Shown here in pieces: positions 51,289 to 61,948 of a DNA stretch of 64,000 bases (its first letter is position 1; every line of letters starts with the position of its first letter). The translations under genes and the position numbers were made by a program. The stretch is from positions 192,001 through 256,000 of the IMG/VR virus record IMGVR_UViG_2799112330_000002; one strand, given 5' to 3'. The notes beneath the pieces are model-generated. The model saw only the letters and a program-made list of their open reading frames with translations. It was not told the DNA's origin and ran no database searches. The stretch is from a virus. Taxonomy: Duplodnaviria; Heunggongvirae; Uroviricota; Caudoviricetes.

Positions 51289-54200
51289 TTATATAATGAT
51301 TACAGGACATTCTTTAGATAACTTACCGTTATTCACTTTACTTATTGTTGATACTATGATCTTTGTTTCTCCACGTTTCAATGGAGTAATGATACCATTT
51401 TCAGAATCTATACTTAATATTGTAGGATCCTCAACTTCAAATTTGATCTTCTGATAAGTTGTGTCATCAGGATATACTGAAGCAATAAGTGTATATGTAT
51501 CATTTTCAAGATCAATTGTTATTTGTTCATCTGCTAACAATAGTTCTTCACTACTCATCATAGCATTTATTGTTATATTAGATACTACACCACCATTATC
51601 ATTTGCCATAGCGTATAGTTTGAATTGACCTGCATTGTTTTCATTCAGTTTCAATATCATTGATCCATCAGTACCGGTTTCCACAGTAGCAATATTAGAA
51701 TCAGATGTATACCATACAAGATTTTCTACCAAGCTCTTTTCATTGATATTATATACAATTGCATCAGCTGTATCTAATTGATCTGAATATACTATTCTAT
51801 ACTCATTTCCGCTATATAGATAAGTTATATTGTTCTTTATAGATATTGATTCTATAAGTATGATTGAACGTACTGTTATTGTTGTTGTAACACCGGAACC
51901 ATCAGTTGCACTTACTGTGATTGTTGCTGTTCCATTTCCTATTGCTGTTATCAAACCATTTTCATCAACTGTTGCTATAGCAGGAGCATCTGTTTCATAG
52001 ATCAATTCTTTATTGAATGCGTCATTATTGACAGTTGCCGTAATCTGGAATGTATCACCTTTGTCTAATGAAACATTGTTTGAATTAAGTTGAATATTTG
52101 ATACAGGTACTTTTACATTATAATGAATGATCTTTCTGAAGTTGTCTTCATCATTTTCATGATCCATTGCTTTTACTATAATTGTACCAGTATTCTGTTC
52201 TTCATTATATCTATTTATATTGACAAATCCATTTATATCATCTCCAGTTACATTACCAATTTGTCTATAACCATAATTGTTGTTATCACCAAAGTCCCAT
52301 GACAATATCTTATGTGTAGCATTTTCTGGGATGATCTTTGGTTCAATTGTCTTAATATGTCCAACTAATATATCTATATTGTCTTCAACTTCAATATCAC
52401 TTATTGCTGTTTCAATATGAATATTGACTACAAATGATGTATCTGATGAAGCACCAAGTAATGTTGCCTGAAGTTCTGTCTCACCCTCATTCAAAAGTCT
52501 TATCTTAATAGGAGCATTGTCTGTTACTTTATAATGAGATATATATTTGACATGTTTTTCTTCTACTATCTCAACATATCTATTAGCTGATTGTGTCAAT
52601 GACTTGTCTATAAATGCTTCATATCTGTTACCAACTTTTGCATCTAATTGAATATAGTAGAATTCAGAATTATTCAATGTTGTAAGTTTCAATACATTGT
52701 CATCTATAGTAACATTATATTCTATATCTTTACTTACTTCCTCTTCTTCATCCACATATACATATACATTTGTATTGAATGCTCTAGTATGATCATTATT
52801 ATATTTTTCTACATCTTTTGTTTCAACATATTCATCAATGTCCTTGTCCCAAATATAATATCTGCATGGAAGAGTTTCAGTATCTTCTGCTACTATTTCT
52901 GCCAAGTTCTCATTCATTATTGTCCATTCAATTCGTTTATCTGTTGAAGTTGCTGGATATACAATAGGATTAACGGTAAATTCTCTGTCTTTGAATGAAT
53001 TGATTGAACTAATCCAAGTATCATTGTCATCTATTGTGAATGATATTGATGATGACCATGTAATAACATTTATATGAAGTTCAGTATAGAGTTCTGTATT
53101 ATCCTGATTCTCTAACCAACCCTTAGTATAGATCTTAACAACTGTATCATCAACATTCTCCTTGATTGCCATGATTCTACCATCTTCAAATACTTTAATG
53201 ACATCTTCATCATATTCAATGAATATAGAATCATTATTATAGTTAAGCGGCAATATATGTACTGGAACTTTGATTGCTTTGTTGACTGGTAGTCTGACAT
53301 AGTTTGGTGAAATAGAGATATGAGTAATAGGAATATCAATAACAATGACTTCTTCTTCACTTCTTTGATTTCTCTCTTCCTTATAGTCATCTGGATCAAC
53401 AACCTGTTCATTTAATATAATTGATGTCTCATCTTCATCTGTAGTAAACTGTAAGTTAAGCCATGTAGGATGTGTCATCAATGTATATTCCCAGTGTGAT
53501 GAAGCAATTTCTCCAGTTATAGGATCAAATTCCTGTACAAGATGTCTTATAGCATATGTGTTGTTATTGTCTGGATCTTTGTAATAGTCATCCCAAATAT
53601 CAAATGGCTTATATGTTGTTGTCATATATTTAGGATGATCTACATTTTCATCTGCATCATATGTAGCTTTATCAACTTCTTCAAAGCTATCACCTTCTTC
53701 ATGTTGAACCCATATCCAATAATGCTTTACTTCTGTAGTAAGCTCAAAGATATCATTATGTTGTTCATCTTCACCAACTTTTATGAAGTATTCATCTTCA
53801 TCTTCATCTTCATATGTCCAATATTTTACATAAGTGACATGTTCATGATCATCTTGATATAATATCTGAGTATTCTCTTTGTTTGAATTGAATTCAAGAT
53901 TAAGAAATATTGGCTCATTGAATAATAACTGGTATTCATCATCTGTCATAAATACTTCATTTATTGAATGGATAAGATCTCTTAATAGCTTACCACAATA
54001 GGCACTCCATGCTTTGACATCACCACCTTGTTCGGTTCCTGTCTCATTATTATTGACAATAGTGAAGACACCCTTTATGCTTGTATTGTCAGCTCTTTCA
54101 ATTGCTTTAGCTCCAGATGCACCTTCTAAACCTTTGTCACCCTTATCACCTTGTGGACCAGCATCACCTCTAGATCCACTTGAGAATATAAGTGTTGTCT

Positions 54201-54414
54201 TATTACCATCATCAAAGTAGATATCAACATTATTGATTTTCTTGTCTGTACTTTCATAGATAGAAGAGACAATACCCTTAATACTGGTTTCTTTGATTTG
54301 ACTTAAGTTTATAGAATAGTTATCTCCATTGACTGCTATAATTAGTTTTGCATCTCTAATGTTATTCGCACTTAGCAACGGAAAATCAGATAGTTTCTTT
54401 ACTTCAGTTATCAT
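51289..54414 (-). CDS. Tail fibre/adhesin-like protein with short collagen repeat and multiple Big_2 Ig-like domains
   Basis: GDAGPQGDKGDKGLEG; IATVDENGLITAIGNGTATITVSATDGSGVT. Confidence 0.8.
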   Translation of the reverse strand: MITEVKKLSDFPLLSANNIRDAKLIIAVNGDNYSINLSQIKETSIKGIVSSIYESTDKKINNVDIYFDDGNKTTLIFSSGSRGDAGPQGDKGDKGLEGASGAKAIERADNTSIKGVFTIVNNNETGTEQGGDVKAWSAYCGKLLRDLIHSINEVFMTDDEYQLLFNEPIFLNLEFNSNKENTQILYQDDHEHVTYVKYWTYEDEDEDEYFIKVGEDEQHNDIFELTTEVKHYWIWVQHEEGDSFEEVDKATYDADENVDHPKYMTTTYKPFDIWDDYYKDPDNNNTYAIRHLVQEFDPITGEIASSHWEYTLMTHPTWLNLQFTTDEDETSIILNEQVVDPDDYKEERNQRSEEEVIVIDIPITHISISPNYVRLPVNKAIKVPVHILPLNYNNDSIFIEYDEDVIKVFEDGRIMAIKENVDDTVVKIYTKGWLENQDNTELYTELHINVITWSSSISFTIDDNDTWISSINSFKDREFTVNPIVYPATSTDKRIEWTIMNENLAEIVAEDTETLPCRYYIWDKDIDEYVETKDVEKYNNDHTRAFNTNVYVYVDEEEEVSKDIEYNVTIDDNVLKLTTLNNSEFYYIQLDAKVGNRYEAFIDKSLTQSANRYVEIVEEKHVKYISHYKVTDNAPIKIRLLNEGETELQATLLGASSDTSFVVNIHIETAISDIEVEDNIDILVGHIKTIEPKIIPENATHKILSWDFGDNNNYGYRQIGNVTGDDINGFVNINRYNEEQNTGTIIVKAMDHENDEDNFRKIIHYNVKVPVSNIQLNSNNVSLDKGDTFQITATVNNDAFNKELIYETDAPAIATVDENGLITAIGNGTATITVSATDGSGVTTTITVRSIILIESISIKNNITYLYSGNEYRIVYSDQLDTADAIVYNINEKSLVENLVWYTSDSNIATVETGTDGSMILKLNENNAGQFKLYAMANDNGGVVSNITINAMMSSEELLLADEQITIDLENDTYTLIASVYPDDTTYQKIKFEVEDPTILSIDSENGIITPLKRGETKIIVSTISKVNNGKLSKECPVIII

Positions 54415-54437
54415 ATTGTAATTATATATATCTTAAA

Positions 54438-54611
54438 TTAATTTTTCCAAGCATCTGTATTTGACCATGGTTTATCATTAATCCAATAACCACGACCAAA
54501 ACAACTTCTAATATATTGCCAAATAAGTCTAGCGCCTTGATAGACAGCAGCAATATTCTTGTTTTCTTTAAGAATTGTTGTAATTCTTTTGTTATCTACA
54601 TATAGTGCCAT
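54438..54611 (-). CDS. Small tail-region protein (Bacteroidota-phage type)
   Basis: MALYVDNKRITTILKENKNIAAVYQGARLIWQYIRSCFGRGYWINDKPWSNTDAWKN (57 aa, translated by hand). Confidence 0.75.
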   Translation of the reverse strand: MALYVDNKRITTILKENKNIAAVYQGARLIWQYIRSCFGRGYWINDKPWSNTDAWKN

Positions 54612-54614
54612 ATC

Positions 54615-55154
54615 TTATTCTTCAAATATGAAATATTTCGTATCATTGTCAATCTTACCGCTATTCAATAGAGCATCATATTCATCTTGTGAACGTAGAT
54701 ATACTTCTTTAAGTTTATTTACCTGAGTATAAAGCTCTTTACCAGCAGCTGCACTTAATATAAGTTCTGTAAGTTCAGCTTCTGAATAGTTATTAAGTTC
54801 TAAGTAATTGACAATCTTTTGTTCAATAAGATCACTTTGCTGATCATATATTGCAATACCTGTCTCACCCGGATCTCCTTGGTCTCCCTTTTCTCCCTTA
54901 GGACCTTGAGAACCCTTTAGACCATTATAGATGTGGAAAGTAGTTGTTGATCCATTGGATGTAGTAATAGTAACAGGATTGTCTGCGCCATCACCTTCAT
55001 TTCTTACCTGATCAATACTTCTTAAGACATTTCCAATCAAAAACTGTGTAGGTATCTTATATGATTTTCCTTTATATGAAACTAACAAATATTCTTCACC
55101 AGTTAGTTCACTTAATGATTTTAACGATGATATCTTTTTACCATTTATTGCCAT
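54615..55154 (-). CDS. Collagen-repeat tail protein
   Basis: GKKISSL N-terminus; GLKGSQGPKGEKGDQGDPGETG; SQDEYDAL...DTKYFI. Confidence 0.75.
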   Translation of the reverse strand: MAINGKKISSLKSLSELTGEEYLLVSYKGKSYKIPTQFLIGNVLRSIDQVRNEGDGADNPVTITTSNGSTTTFHIYNGLKGSQGPKGEKGDQGDPGETGIAIYDQQSDLIEQKIVNYLELNNYSEAELTELILSAAAGKELYTQVNKLKEVYLRSQDEYDALLNSGKIDNDTKYFIFEE

Positions 55155-55201
55155 ATCTTAATCCTTTATATAATTTGATTTTAGTCTCTTTAATTATGTT
55201 C

Positions 55202-55375
55202 TTAATATTCTGATATTAAATATACAGTTCCTGCCTCATCCATAATTGGTTCTCTCTTTTCTGTCAAAAGTAAGACATAATCACTGAAATTCTCATTGAT
55301 GTATTCTTCAAACTCATTAGTAATTTCACTTGTTTGAGCTTTATTATCATCTATAAAGATGTATAGTTTTTTCAT
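55202..55375 (-). CDS. Small tail-region protein
   Basis: MKKLYIFIDD...LLLTEKREPIMDEAGTVYLISEY (57 aa); late motif upstream. Confidence 0.6.
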   Translation of the reverse strand: MKKLYIFIDDNKAQTSEITNEFEEYINENFSDYVLLLTEKREPIMDEAGTVYLISEY

Positions 55376-55457
55376 TATCAGAAATTATCATATATTTTAA
55401 TTAAAAATAAAACTTAACATGAACTATTTTATATATAAAAATATTATAATTTTTACT

Positions 55458-55790
55458 ATGAATTTTGAATCAACAGATACTGGATTTGATGATTATAGTT
55501 ATGTATCATATGTAAATAGTGAGATAAAATATTCTGATTCTATCTTCTTTGAAAATATTGTAGATAATATTGAAGAATATGATGAACTTACCATTGATGA
55601 CATTATTGAAAACATACCCAAGACAATAAATGAGAAATATGATCTAAACATAATATATGACAGAATATTGAATAAATGGAAAGTTGGTTATTTCTATAGA
55701 TCAAAATTCTTACATGTAATATTTGATTATGATTTACATACTGCTTTAATAAAACTTAATAATGAAATAAAAGATGAAGAAAACAAGTGA
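55458..55790 (+). CDS. Hypothetical protein
   Basis: Likely start MNFESTD. Confidence 0.6.
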   Translation: MNFESTDTGFDDYSYVSYVNSEIKYSDSIFFENIVDNIEEYDELTIDDIIENIPKTINEKYDLNIIYDRILNKWKVGYFYRSKFLHVIFDYDLHTALIKLNNEIKDEENK

Positions 55791-56337
55791 AATCAGGATC
55801 TATCAATTTCAAGATGATACATCCACAAAACTTATAGCAAAACTATGTAGTACAGAACCGCATAACAAAATATTCAAAGATATTAATAGTATTATCAAAA
55901 GATATCGGTATAATATTGATGATATGATTTCTAAAATAACAGATAGTTTTGATAATACAACAGATGCATCTTCAATAGACTACATGCATTATATATATAT
56001 CTATGACAAATTTGGATATATAACATATACTGTCACAAATATATATGATGTATTGATAGATTACAAAAAGATCATTATAAATAGAAATAATGCTGGTAAT
56101 TGTATTGATGACTTTATTGATAGGGGAGTATATCCTATTATTGAATCTATTGAAAGATTTTGTGATGACATCAATGGAAGAATAAATGAAAGAACAAACA
56201 ATAATGAATATCACCAGACAAGTTGTTATGAATATGATTTTAGACAAATTGTAAATATAAAACAACTTGCAGAAAAATTAATAAGAAATTGTGACAAACA
56301 ACTAGAGGCTATATCAGAAAAATATACAAAAATGTAG
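55774..56337 (+). CDS. Hypothetical protein
   Basis: 187-aa ORF. Confidence 0.65.
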   Translation: MKKTSEIRIYQFQDDTSTKLIAKLCSTEPHNKIFKDINSIIKRYRYNIDDMISKITDSFDNTTDASSIDYMHYIYIYDKFGYITYTVTNIYDVLIDYKKIIINRNNAGNCIDDFIDRGVYPIIESIERFCDDINGRINERTNNNEYHQTSCYEYDFRQIVNIKQLAEKLIRNCDKQLEAISEKYTKM

Positions 56338-56435
56338 AAAAATATTAAAATTTTTTAAAATTTATTAAAATTTATTTTTTTATTAAACTATATTATATAA
56401 TAGAGCCCCTATAAATATATGAATGAAGGGGAATT

Positions 56436-57674
56436 GTGGCAAGAGTTATTAATAATCTATGTAAGACAAATCAAGCAAAAGTAGACAAATGGCTTCAAAA
56501 ATTCAATAAGCAAAATAATATATCTCAAGATGATTATAATTATTTATCATTATTATTGAATTCTATTATTAAAAAAGATTCTTATTCATTAAAAGAATGT
56601 TCTGAAAAAAATATTGTTGAGTATTATCTATCTCATCTTACAAACAATAATGAGTCAATATTAGACAACTTATATGACAAAGACTATTGGGATAATATAA
56701 AGAAGAAAGTAAGAACAAAACTTGCAATAAAATACACAGGGAACAAAACATTTGATAACAACATTGATATTTATTTCAATGAAGTAAAAGCCGAATATAT
56801 AAAGACACCATTTAATGAATCCGATAATTTAGAGTTTACGGAAGAAAATTATGATGTGTTTATAAAGAACAATCTTAAATTAGTTATTGAATGCGCAAAG
56901 AGATATCAGAATCTTGGATTGTCATTTGAAGATCTTATACAAGCAGGAAATGAAGGCTTATTGAAATGCCTCAAGAAATATAAGAAGAACAAAGCAAATC
57001 TTAGAGTAACAATGCTTGATCTTCTTGAAGAATCTGAATTGAATTCATTTACATATTCACAAGCAATTGATCTAGTAAAGAATGCCTTTTCATATTCTAA
57101 GAATCTAGATTCAACATTAAGTAAGATACCATCAAATGGATTTAAGACAAAAATTGAATTTGAAGAGTGGATAAAGACAAATATCAAACCTGCATCATTT
57201 GCTTCCGTTGCGTTTATGTGGATCAGAGCATATATAATAATTGAACTAAATAGTGTTGGTAATATCATTCATGTTCCTCAATCAGCCCAAAAGAATGGAG
57301 AATCATTAGCAAACATAATTAGATTAGATAGTATAAATCCCCATACGGATGATTGCTATCATGATAACCAGACATCAAAGATAACTGAGGAAGAATTCAT
57401 TACGGATGATGAGAACTTAGAGAACATTGAAAAACAAAACATATTCAAAGATCTTATTGAGAATGTATTATATAAATTGTCTTCTTTAGATAGACGAATA
57501 ATAAAGAAAAAATATGGAATAGGATGTCCTTATGAGTTGTCTATAAATGATATAGCAGAACAGGAAAATCTCTCAGTAAATAAAGTCAAATATATTATCA
57601 ATAATGCTCTCAAACAAATATATGCTAATATTCCTGCAAGAGACAAAGAAACAATCAAAAATTTATTAGGGTAG
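56436..57674 (+). CDS. Sigma-70 family RNA polymerase sigma factor
   Basis: Region 2 NLKLVIECAKRYQNLGLSFEDLIQAGNEGL and FASVAFMWIRAYI; region 4 LSSLDRRIIKKKYGI...SINDIAEQENLSVNKVKYI. Confidence 0.88.
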   Translation: MARVINNLCKTNQAKVDKWLQKFNKQNNISQDDYNYLSLLLNSIIKKDSYSLKECSEKNIVEYYLSHLTNNNESILDNLYDKDYWDNIKKKVRTKLAIKYTGNKTFDNNIDIYFNEVKAEYIKTPFNESDNLEFTEENYDVFIKNNLKLVIECAKRYQNLGLSFEDLIQAGNEGLLKCLKKYKKNKANLRVTMLDLLEESELNSFTYSQAIDLVKNAFSYSKNLDSTLSKIPSNGFKTKIEFEEWIKTNIKPASFASVAFMWIRAYIIIELNSVGNIIHVPQSAQKNGESLANIIRLDSINPHTDDCYHDNQTSKITEEEFITDDENLENIEKQNIFKDLIENVLYKLSSLDRRIIKKKYGIGCPYELSINDIAEQENLSVNKVKYIINNALKQIYANIPARDKETIKNLLG

Positions 57675-57678
57675 AAAC

Positions 57679-58311
57679 ATGACAAAACGAGAATATAGTC
57701 TATTCAAAAATCATCTTAATATAGTAATAGATACAAAACAACATTTCAATTTCAATATAATATCTGATGAAAAAGGAAAATATGCATCACTCATAATAAA
57801 ACTATTCATCATATCATTCTATATTGATCTTCCATTTAACATAAAAGCAACTAACAAATATGGTATTGGCTTTGATTCATATAATACAAGATGGTGGCCA
57901 GATTTCTTCTTCTTTAATTTTGGAAAGAAATCATTCATCTCTCATCTTGTATCTTATCATCGACAATATAATAGATATTATGAGACACGAATGATGAAGG
58001 AAATGCATTTGAAAGATATAAAGAAAAACAATAAGACAAAGAATTCTTTCAAATATAACTCTATAATAAAAGCAAAGAATAATAGAAAGTTCAATGTGTT
58101 ATATTATAGAGAACACCATATCTATAAACATAAACTATTCAAATGGTGGTTAAACTATGACACAATACATAATTTAGTGTTATCTGTAGAATTTGTTGAT
58201 GACCATGGAAATATAAAAAGAACAAAATCTATAATTGTGGATAATCCTGAAGAACCAATTCAAGATTCATTTCAGACATTTTTATCTATAAATAACTATA
58301 CAATTGTATAA
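57679..58311 (+). CDS. Hypothetical protein
   Basis: 210-aa ORF. Confidence 0.6.
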   Translation: MTKREYSLFKNHLNIVIDTKQHFNFNIISDEKGKYASLIIKLFIISFYIDLPFNIKATNKYGIGFDSYNTRWWPDFFFFNFGKKSFISHLVSYHRQYNRYYETRMMKEMHLKDIKKNNKTKNSFKYNSIIKAKNNRKFNVLYYREHHIYKHKLFKWWLNYDTIHNLVLSVEFVDDHGNIKRTKSIIVDNPEEPIQDSFQTFLSINNYTIV

Positions 58312-58338
58312 TATTTGTTCCTTTTCTATTATAATAAC

Positions 58339-58941
58339 TTATTCTTTATACCATGCTGGTGGATTTTTTTCTAATGGAGATCTATAAAACATTTCTCGCA
58401 TATTATCAACATTACTTACATCCCAATGAGATAAATCATAATTAAAATTTTCACATATATAAAACATACATTCCATATTTTTAACCTTACTCACATCCCA
58501 TTTAGATATATCTCTATTAAATTTAGATTGACAAAACATATAATCCATACCTCTAACATGACTTACATTCCATTGAGATATATCTCCATTGAATTGAGAA
58601 TCCATAAACATAGCTCTCATATTTGTAACATTACTAACATCCCATTCTGATATGTCTCCATTAAATTTAGAATATTCAAACATAGCAAACATAGTTTCAA
58701 CATTACTTACATCCCATCCAGATATGTCTCCATTAAATTTAGAAAAATAAAATACTTCTGACATATCAGTAATTTCAGATGTATCTATATCATTTAGATT
58801 AGCCTTATTACCTCTTTCTTTAATTAATTCCTTTACTAATTTTATTAGTTCATCTTTTGTCTTAGGATAATAATGATATGACTTAAGATTGTCTTTTGAT
58901 ATTCTGAATTTCTCTGTTATAAACTGGTTTAATTTTTTCAT
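58339..58941 (-). CDS. DUF285/BspA-like repeat protein (array 3, 5 repeats)
   Basis: Leader, repeats, cap. Confidence 0.9.
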   Translation of the reverse strand: MKKLNQFITEKFRISKDNLKSYHYYPKTKDELIKLVKELIKERGNKANLNDIDTSEITDMSEVFYFSKFNGDISGWDVSNVETMFAMFEYSKFNGDISEWDVSNVTNMRAMFMDSQFNGDISQWNVSHVRGMDYMFCQSKFNRDISKWDVSKVKNMECMFYICENFNYDLSHWDVSNVDNMREMFYRSPLEKNPPAWYKE

Positions 58942-58946
58942 ATATA

Positions 58947-59741
58947 TTAGATTAACTTATTTTTATACCATGCTGGTGGATTATTTTCTAATGGTGAATA
59001 GTCAAACATATATGTCACATCTCCAACATTTGAAATATTCCATTTAGAAATATCTTGGTCAAATTTTGCTCCCCAAAACATCCTATTCATATTTAAAACT
59101 TTACTTACATCCCATAAAGATATGTCTCCATTGAAATCTGAATCATAAAACATATGACTCATATTTTTTACTTTACTTACGTCCCATCCAGATATATCAC
59201 CATCAAATACCGATTCATAAAACATACCAAACATATCTTCAACATTACTTACATCCCATTGAGAAATATCTTGGTTAAATTTTGTTCCCCAAAACATCCT
59301 ATTCATATATTTAACATTACTAACATCCCATTTAGATATATCTCCATTAAATTTAGATTGCCTAAACATTTCTGCTGTATTTACAACTTTACTTACATCC
59401 CATTCAGATATATCTCCGTTGAATTTTGACTCTTGAAACATTCCTTCCATATTCTTAACATTACTAACGTCCCATTCTGATATATCCACATTGAATTCAG
59501 AATAAGCAAACATATATGACATATCCGTAACATTAGTAGTATCTATATCATTAAGATCAGCATCATTACCTCTTTCTATAATTAGTTTCCTTACTATTTG
59601 GTGTAGTTCTTTATTTGTTTTTGGATGATAATTGTAATGAGGCTCAAGATTGTCTTTTGATAGACGAAATTTTTCTGTTATATATTTGGTTATACCAAAG
59701 GCTCTTTCAGCTTCTGAAATATATTGATTTAATTTCTTCAT
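58947..59741 (-). CDS. DUF285/BspA-like repeat protein (array 3, 7 repeats, double leader)
   Basis: MKKLNQYISEAERAFGITKYITEKFRLSKDN. Confidence 0.9.
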   Translation of the reverse strand: MKKLNQYISEAERAFGITKYITEKFRLSKDNLEPHYNYHPKTNKELHQIVRKLIIERGNDADLNDIDTTNVTDMSYMFAYSEFNVDISEWDVSNVKNMEGMFQESKFNGDISEWDVSKVVNTAEMFRQSKFNGDISKWDVSNVKYMNRMFWGTKFNQDISQWDVSNVEDMFGMFYESVFDGDISGWDVSKVKNMSHMFYDSDFNGDISLWDVSKVLNMNRMFWGAKFDQDISKWNISNVGDVTYMFDYSPLENNPPAWYKNKLI

Positions 59742-59762
59742 ATATATTAGATATTATTTCAT

Positions 59763-60434
59763 TTAACTTTTATACCAAGCTGGTGGATTCTTTTTTAATG
59801 GGCAAGCCCCAAACATTCCTGTCATGCTTCTAACATTTGATACATCCCATTTTGATATATCTCCATTAAATTTAGATTGACAAAACATATAATCCATATC
59901 TCTAACATGACTTACATTCCATTGAGATATATCACCATTGAATTTTGATCTGGCAAACATATCAGACATATTCGTAACACTACTGACATCCCATTTAGAA
60001 ATATCTCCATTAAATTCAGAATTCAAAAACATACTATCCATTAATTTTACTTTGCTTACATTCCATTTAGAAATGTCATTATTGAATTTAGAATTCAAAA
60101 ACATACATTCCATATCTTTAACCTTACTTACATCCCACAAAGATATATCACCATTGAATGTAGATTCATAAAACATATAATCCATTTTTTCAACATTACT
60201 TACATCCCATAAAGATATATCTCCATTGAATGTAAAACTTCTAAATAGCATGCTCATATCAGTAATCTCAGAAACATCTATATCATTTAGGTTTGCTTCA
60301 TTGCCTCTTTCTTCAATTAATTTGATTATTAATTTTTTTAATTCAATTTTTGTTTGAGGCTGATACTGAAACTGATTAAGATTGTCTTTTGATAGTCTGA
60401 ATTTCTCTGTTATGAATTGATTTAGTTTTTTCAT
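59763..60434 (-). CDS. DUF285/BspA-like repeat protein (array 3, 6 repeats)
   Basis: Same architecture. Confidence 0.9.
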   Translation of the reverse strand: MKKLNQFITEKFRLSKDNLNQFQYQPQTKIELKKLIIKLIEERGNEANLNDIDVSEITDMSMLFRSFTFNGDISLWDVSNVEKMDYMFYESTFNGDISLWDVSKVKDMECMFLNSKFNNDISKWNVSKVKLMDSMFLNSEFNGDISKWDVSSVTNMSDMFARSKFNGDISQWNVSHVRDMDYMFCQSKFNGDISKWDVSNVRSMTGMFGACPLKKNPPAWYKS

Positions 60435-60447
60435 ATATATTATTACT

Positions 60448-60975
60448 TTATTTATACCATGCCGGTGGATTGTTTTCTAATGGGCAATCCTGAAACATAT
60501 CTATCCCACACTTAACTTTACTTACATCCCATTTAGAGATATCTCCATTAAATTTAGACTTTTGAAACATCCATCCCATATTTTCAACATTACTTACATC
60601 CCATTTAGAAATATCTTGGTTAAATTTTGTTCCCCAAAACATATATTTCATATTTTTAACATTATGTACATCCCATAAAGAGATATCTCCATTAAATTTG
60701 GATTTACAAAATATATATTGCATATCTTCAACCTTGCTTACATCCCATGTCGAAATATCCCCATTAAAATTAGAAGTAAAAAATATTGAAGACATATCGG
60801 TAATTTCAGATGTATCTATATCATTGAGATCAGCATCATTACCTCGTTCTTTAATTAGTTCCTTTACTAATTTCCTTAGTTCATCTCTTGTCTTTGGATG
60901 ATAGTTATAGTGAGGCTCAAGATTATCATTGGATAGTCTGAATTTCTCTGTTATGAATTGATTTAATTTCTTCAT
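60448..60975 (-). CDS. DUF285/BspA-like repeat protein (array 3, 4 repeats)
   Basis: Same architecture. Confidence 0.9.
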   Translation of the reverse strand: MKKLNQFITEKFRLSNDNLEPHYNYHPKTRDELRKLVKELIKERGNDADLNDIDTSEITDMSSIFFTSNFNGDISTWDVSKVEDMQYIFCKSKFNGDISLWDVHNVKNMKYMFWGTKFNQDISKWDVSNVENMGWMFQKSKFNGDISKWDVSKVKCGIDMFQDCPLENNPPAWYK

Positions 60976-60985
60976 GTATAAGGTT

Positions 60986-61447
60986 TTATTTATTTTTATA
61001 CCATGCCGGAGGATTATCTTCTAATGGGCAATGTTTAAATATATCGCGCATATCTATACCATTACTTACATCCCATTGAGTTATATCTTCATTGAATTCA
61101 GACCAGCTAAACATATCTCTCATAGTTTTAACTTTACTTACATCCCATGTGGATATATCTCCATTAAATTTAGAATGTTTAAACATTTCTTGCATATTAT
61201 CAACATTACTTACATTCCATTCAGAGATATCTCCATTAAAATTAGACGCCCAAAATAAACCACTCATATCAGTAATTTCAGAAGTATCTATATCGTTGAG
61301 ATTAGCCTTATTCCCGCGTTCTTTAATTAACTTATTAATCAATCTATATAATTCATAAACGTTTTTAGGATGATAGTTATAATGAGGCTCAATATTGTCT
61401 TTTGATAACCTAAACTTTTCTGTTATAAACTGATTTAGTTGTTTCAT
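60986..61447 (-). CDS. DUF285/BspA-like repeat protein (array 3, 3 repeats)
   Basis: Same architecture. Confidence 0.9.
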   Translation of the reverse strand: MKQLNQFITEKFRLSKDNIEPHYNYHPKNVYELYRLINKLIKERGNKANLNDIDTSEITDMSGLFWASNFNGDISEWNVSNVDNMQEMFKHSKFNGDISTWDVSKVKTMRDMFSWSEFNEDITQWDVSNGIDMRDIFKHCPLEDNPPAWYKNK

Positions 61448-61473
61448 ATATATTAGATATTAACTTATTTTAT

Positions 61474-61935
61474 TTATTCTTTATACCATGCTGGAGGATT
61501 TTTTAACAATGGAGAATTATCAAATATCCATGACATATTTTTGACATTACTTACATTCCATTGAGATATGTCTCTGTTGAATTCAGATTCATCAAACATA
61601 CATTGCATAATTTTAACATTACTAACATCCCATTTAGAAATATCTCCATTGAACTCTGATTTATTAAACATAGCTTCCATAGTTGTAACATTACTTACAT
61701 CCCATTGAGATATATCCCCATTAAATTTAGATTCAGCAAACATAGCTCTCATATTTGTAACCTTACTTACGTTCCAATTAGATATATCTCCATTAAATTT
61801 AGAACCACAAAATATGAGTGACATATCAGTAATTTCCGATGTGTCTATATCATTAAGATCAGCATCATCTCCTCTTTCTTTAATGTCTTTTGATAGACGG
61901 AATTTCTCTGCGATGAATTGGTTTAATTTCTTCAT
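61474..61935 (-). CDS. DUF285/BspA-like repeat protein (array 3, 4 repeats, N-cap deleted)
   Basis: MKKLNQFIAEKFRLSKD joined directly to IKERG. Confidence 0.88.
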   Translation of the reverse strand: MKKLNQFIAEKFRLSKDIKERGDDADLNDIDTSEITDMSLIFCGSKFNGDISNWNVSKVTNMRAMFAESKFNGDISQWDVSNVTTMEAMFNKSEFNGDISKWDVSNVKIMQCMFDESEFNRDISQWNVSNVKNMSWIFDNSPLLKNPPAWYKE

Positions 61936-61948
61936 ATATTAGATTAAC

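Noticed and set aside
9688-61358. Recurring plus-strand ORFs over the arrays (e.g. HIFNITYIPFRYISIKFR)
   Set aside because: Antisense shadows of the periodic repeat coding sequence; no independent starts or conserved ends
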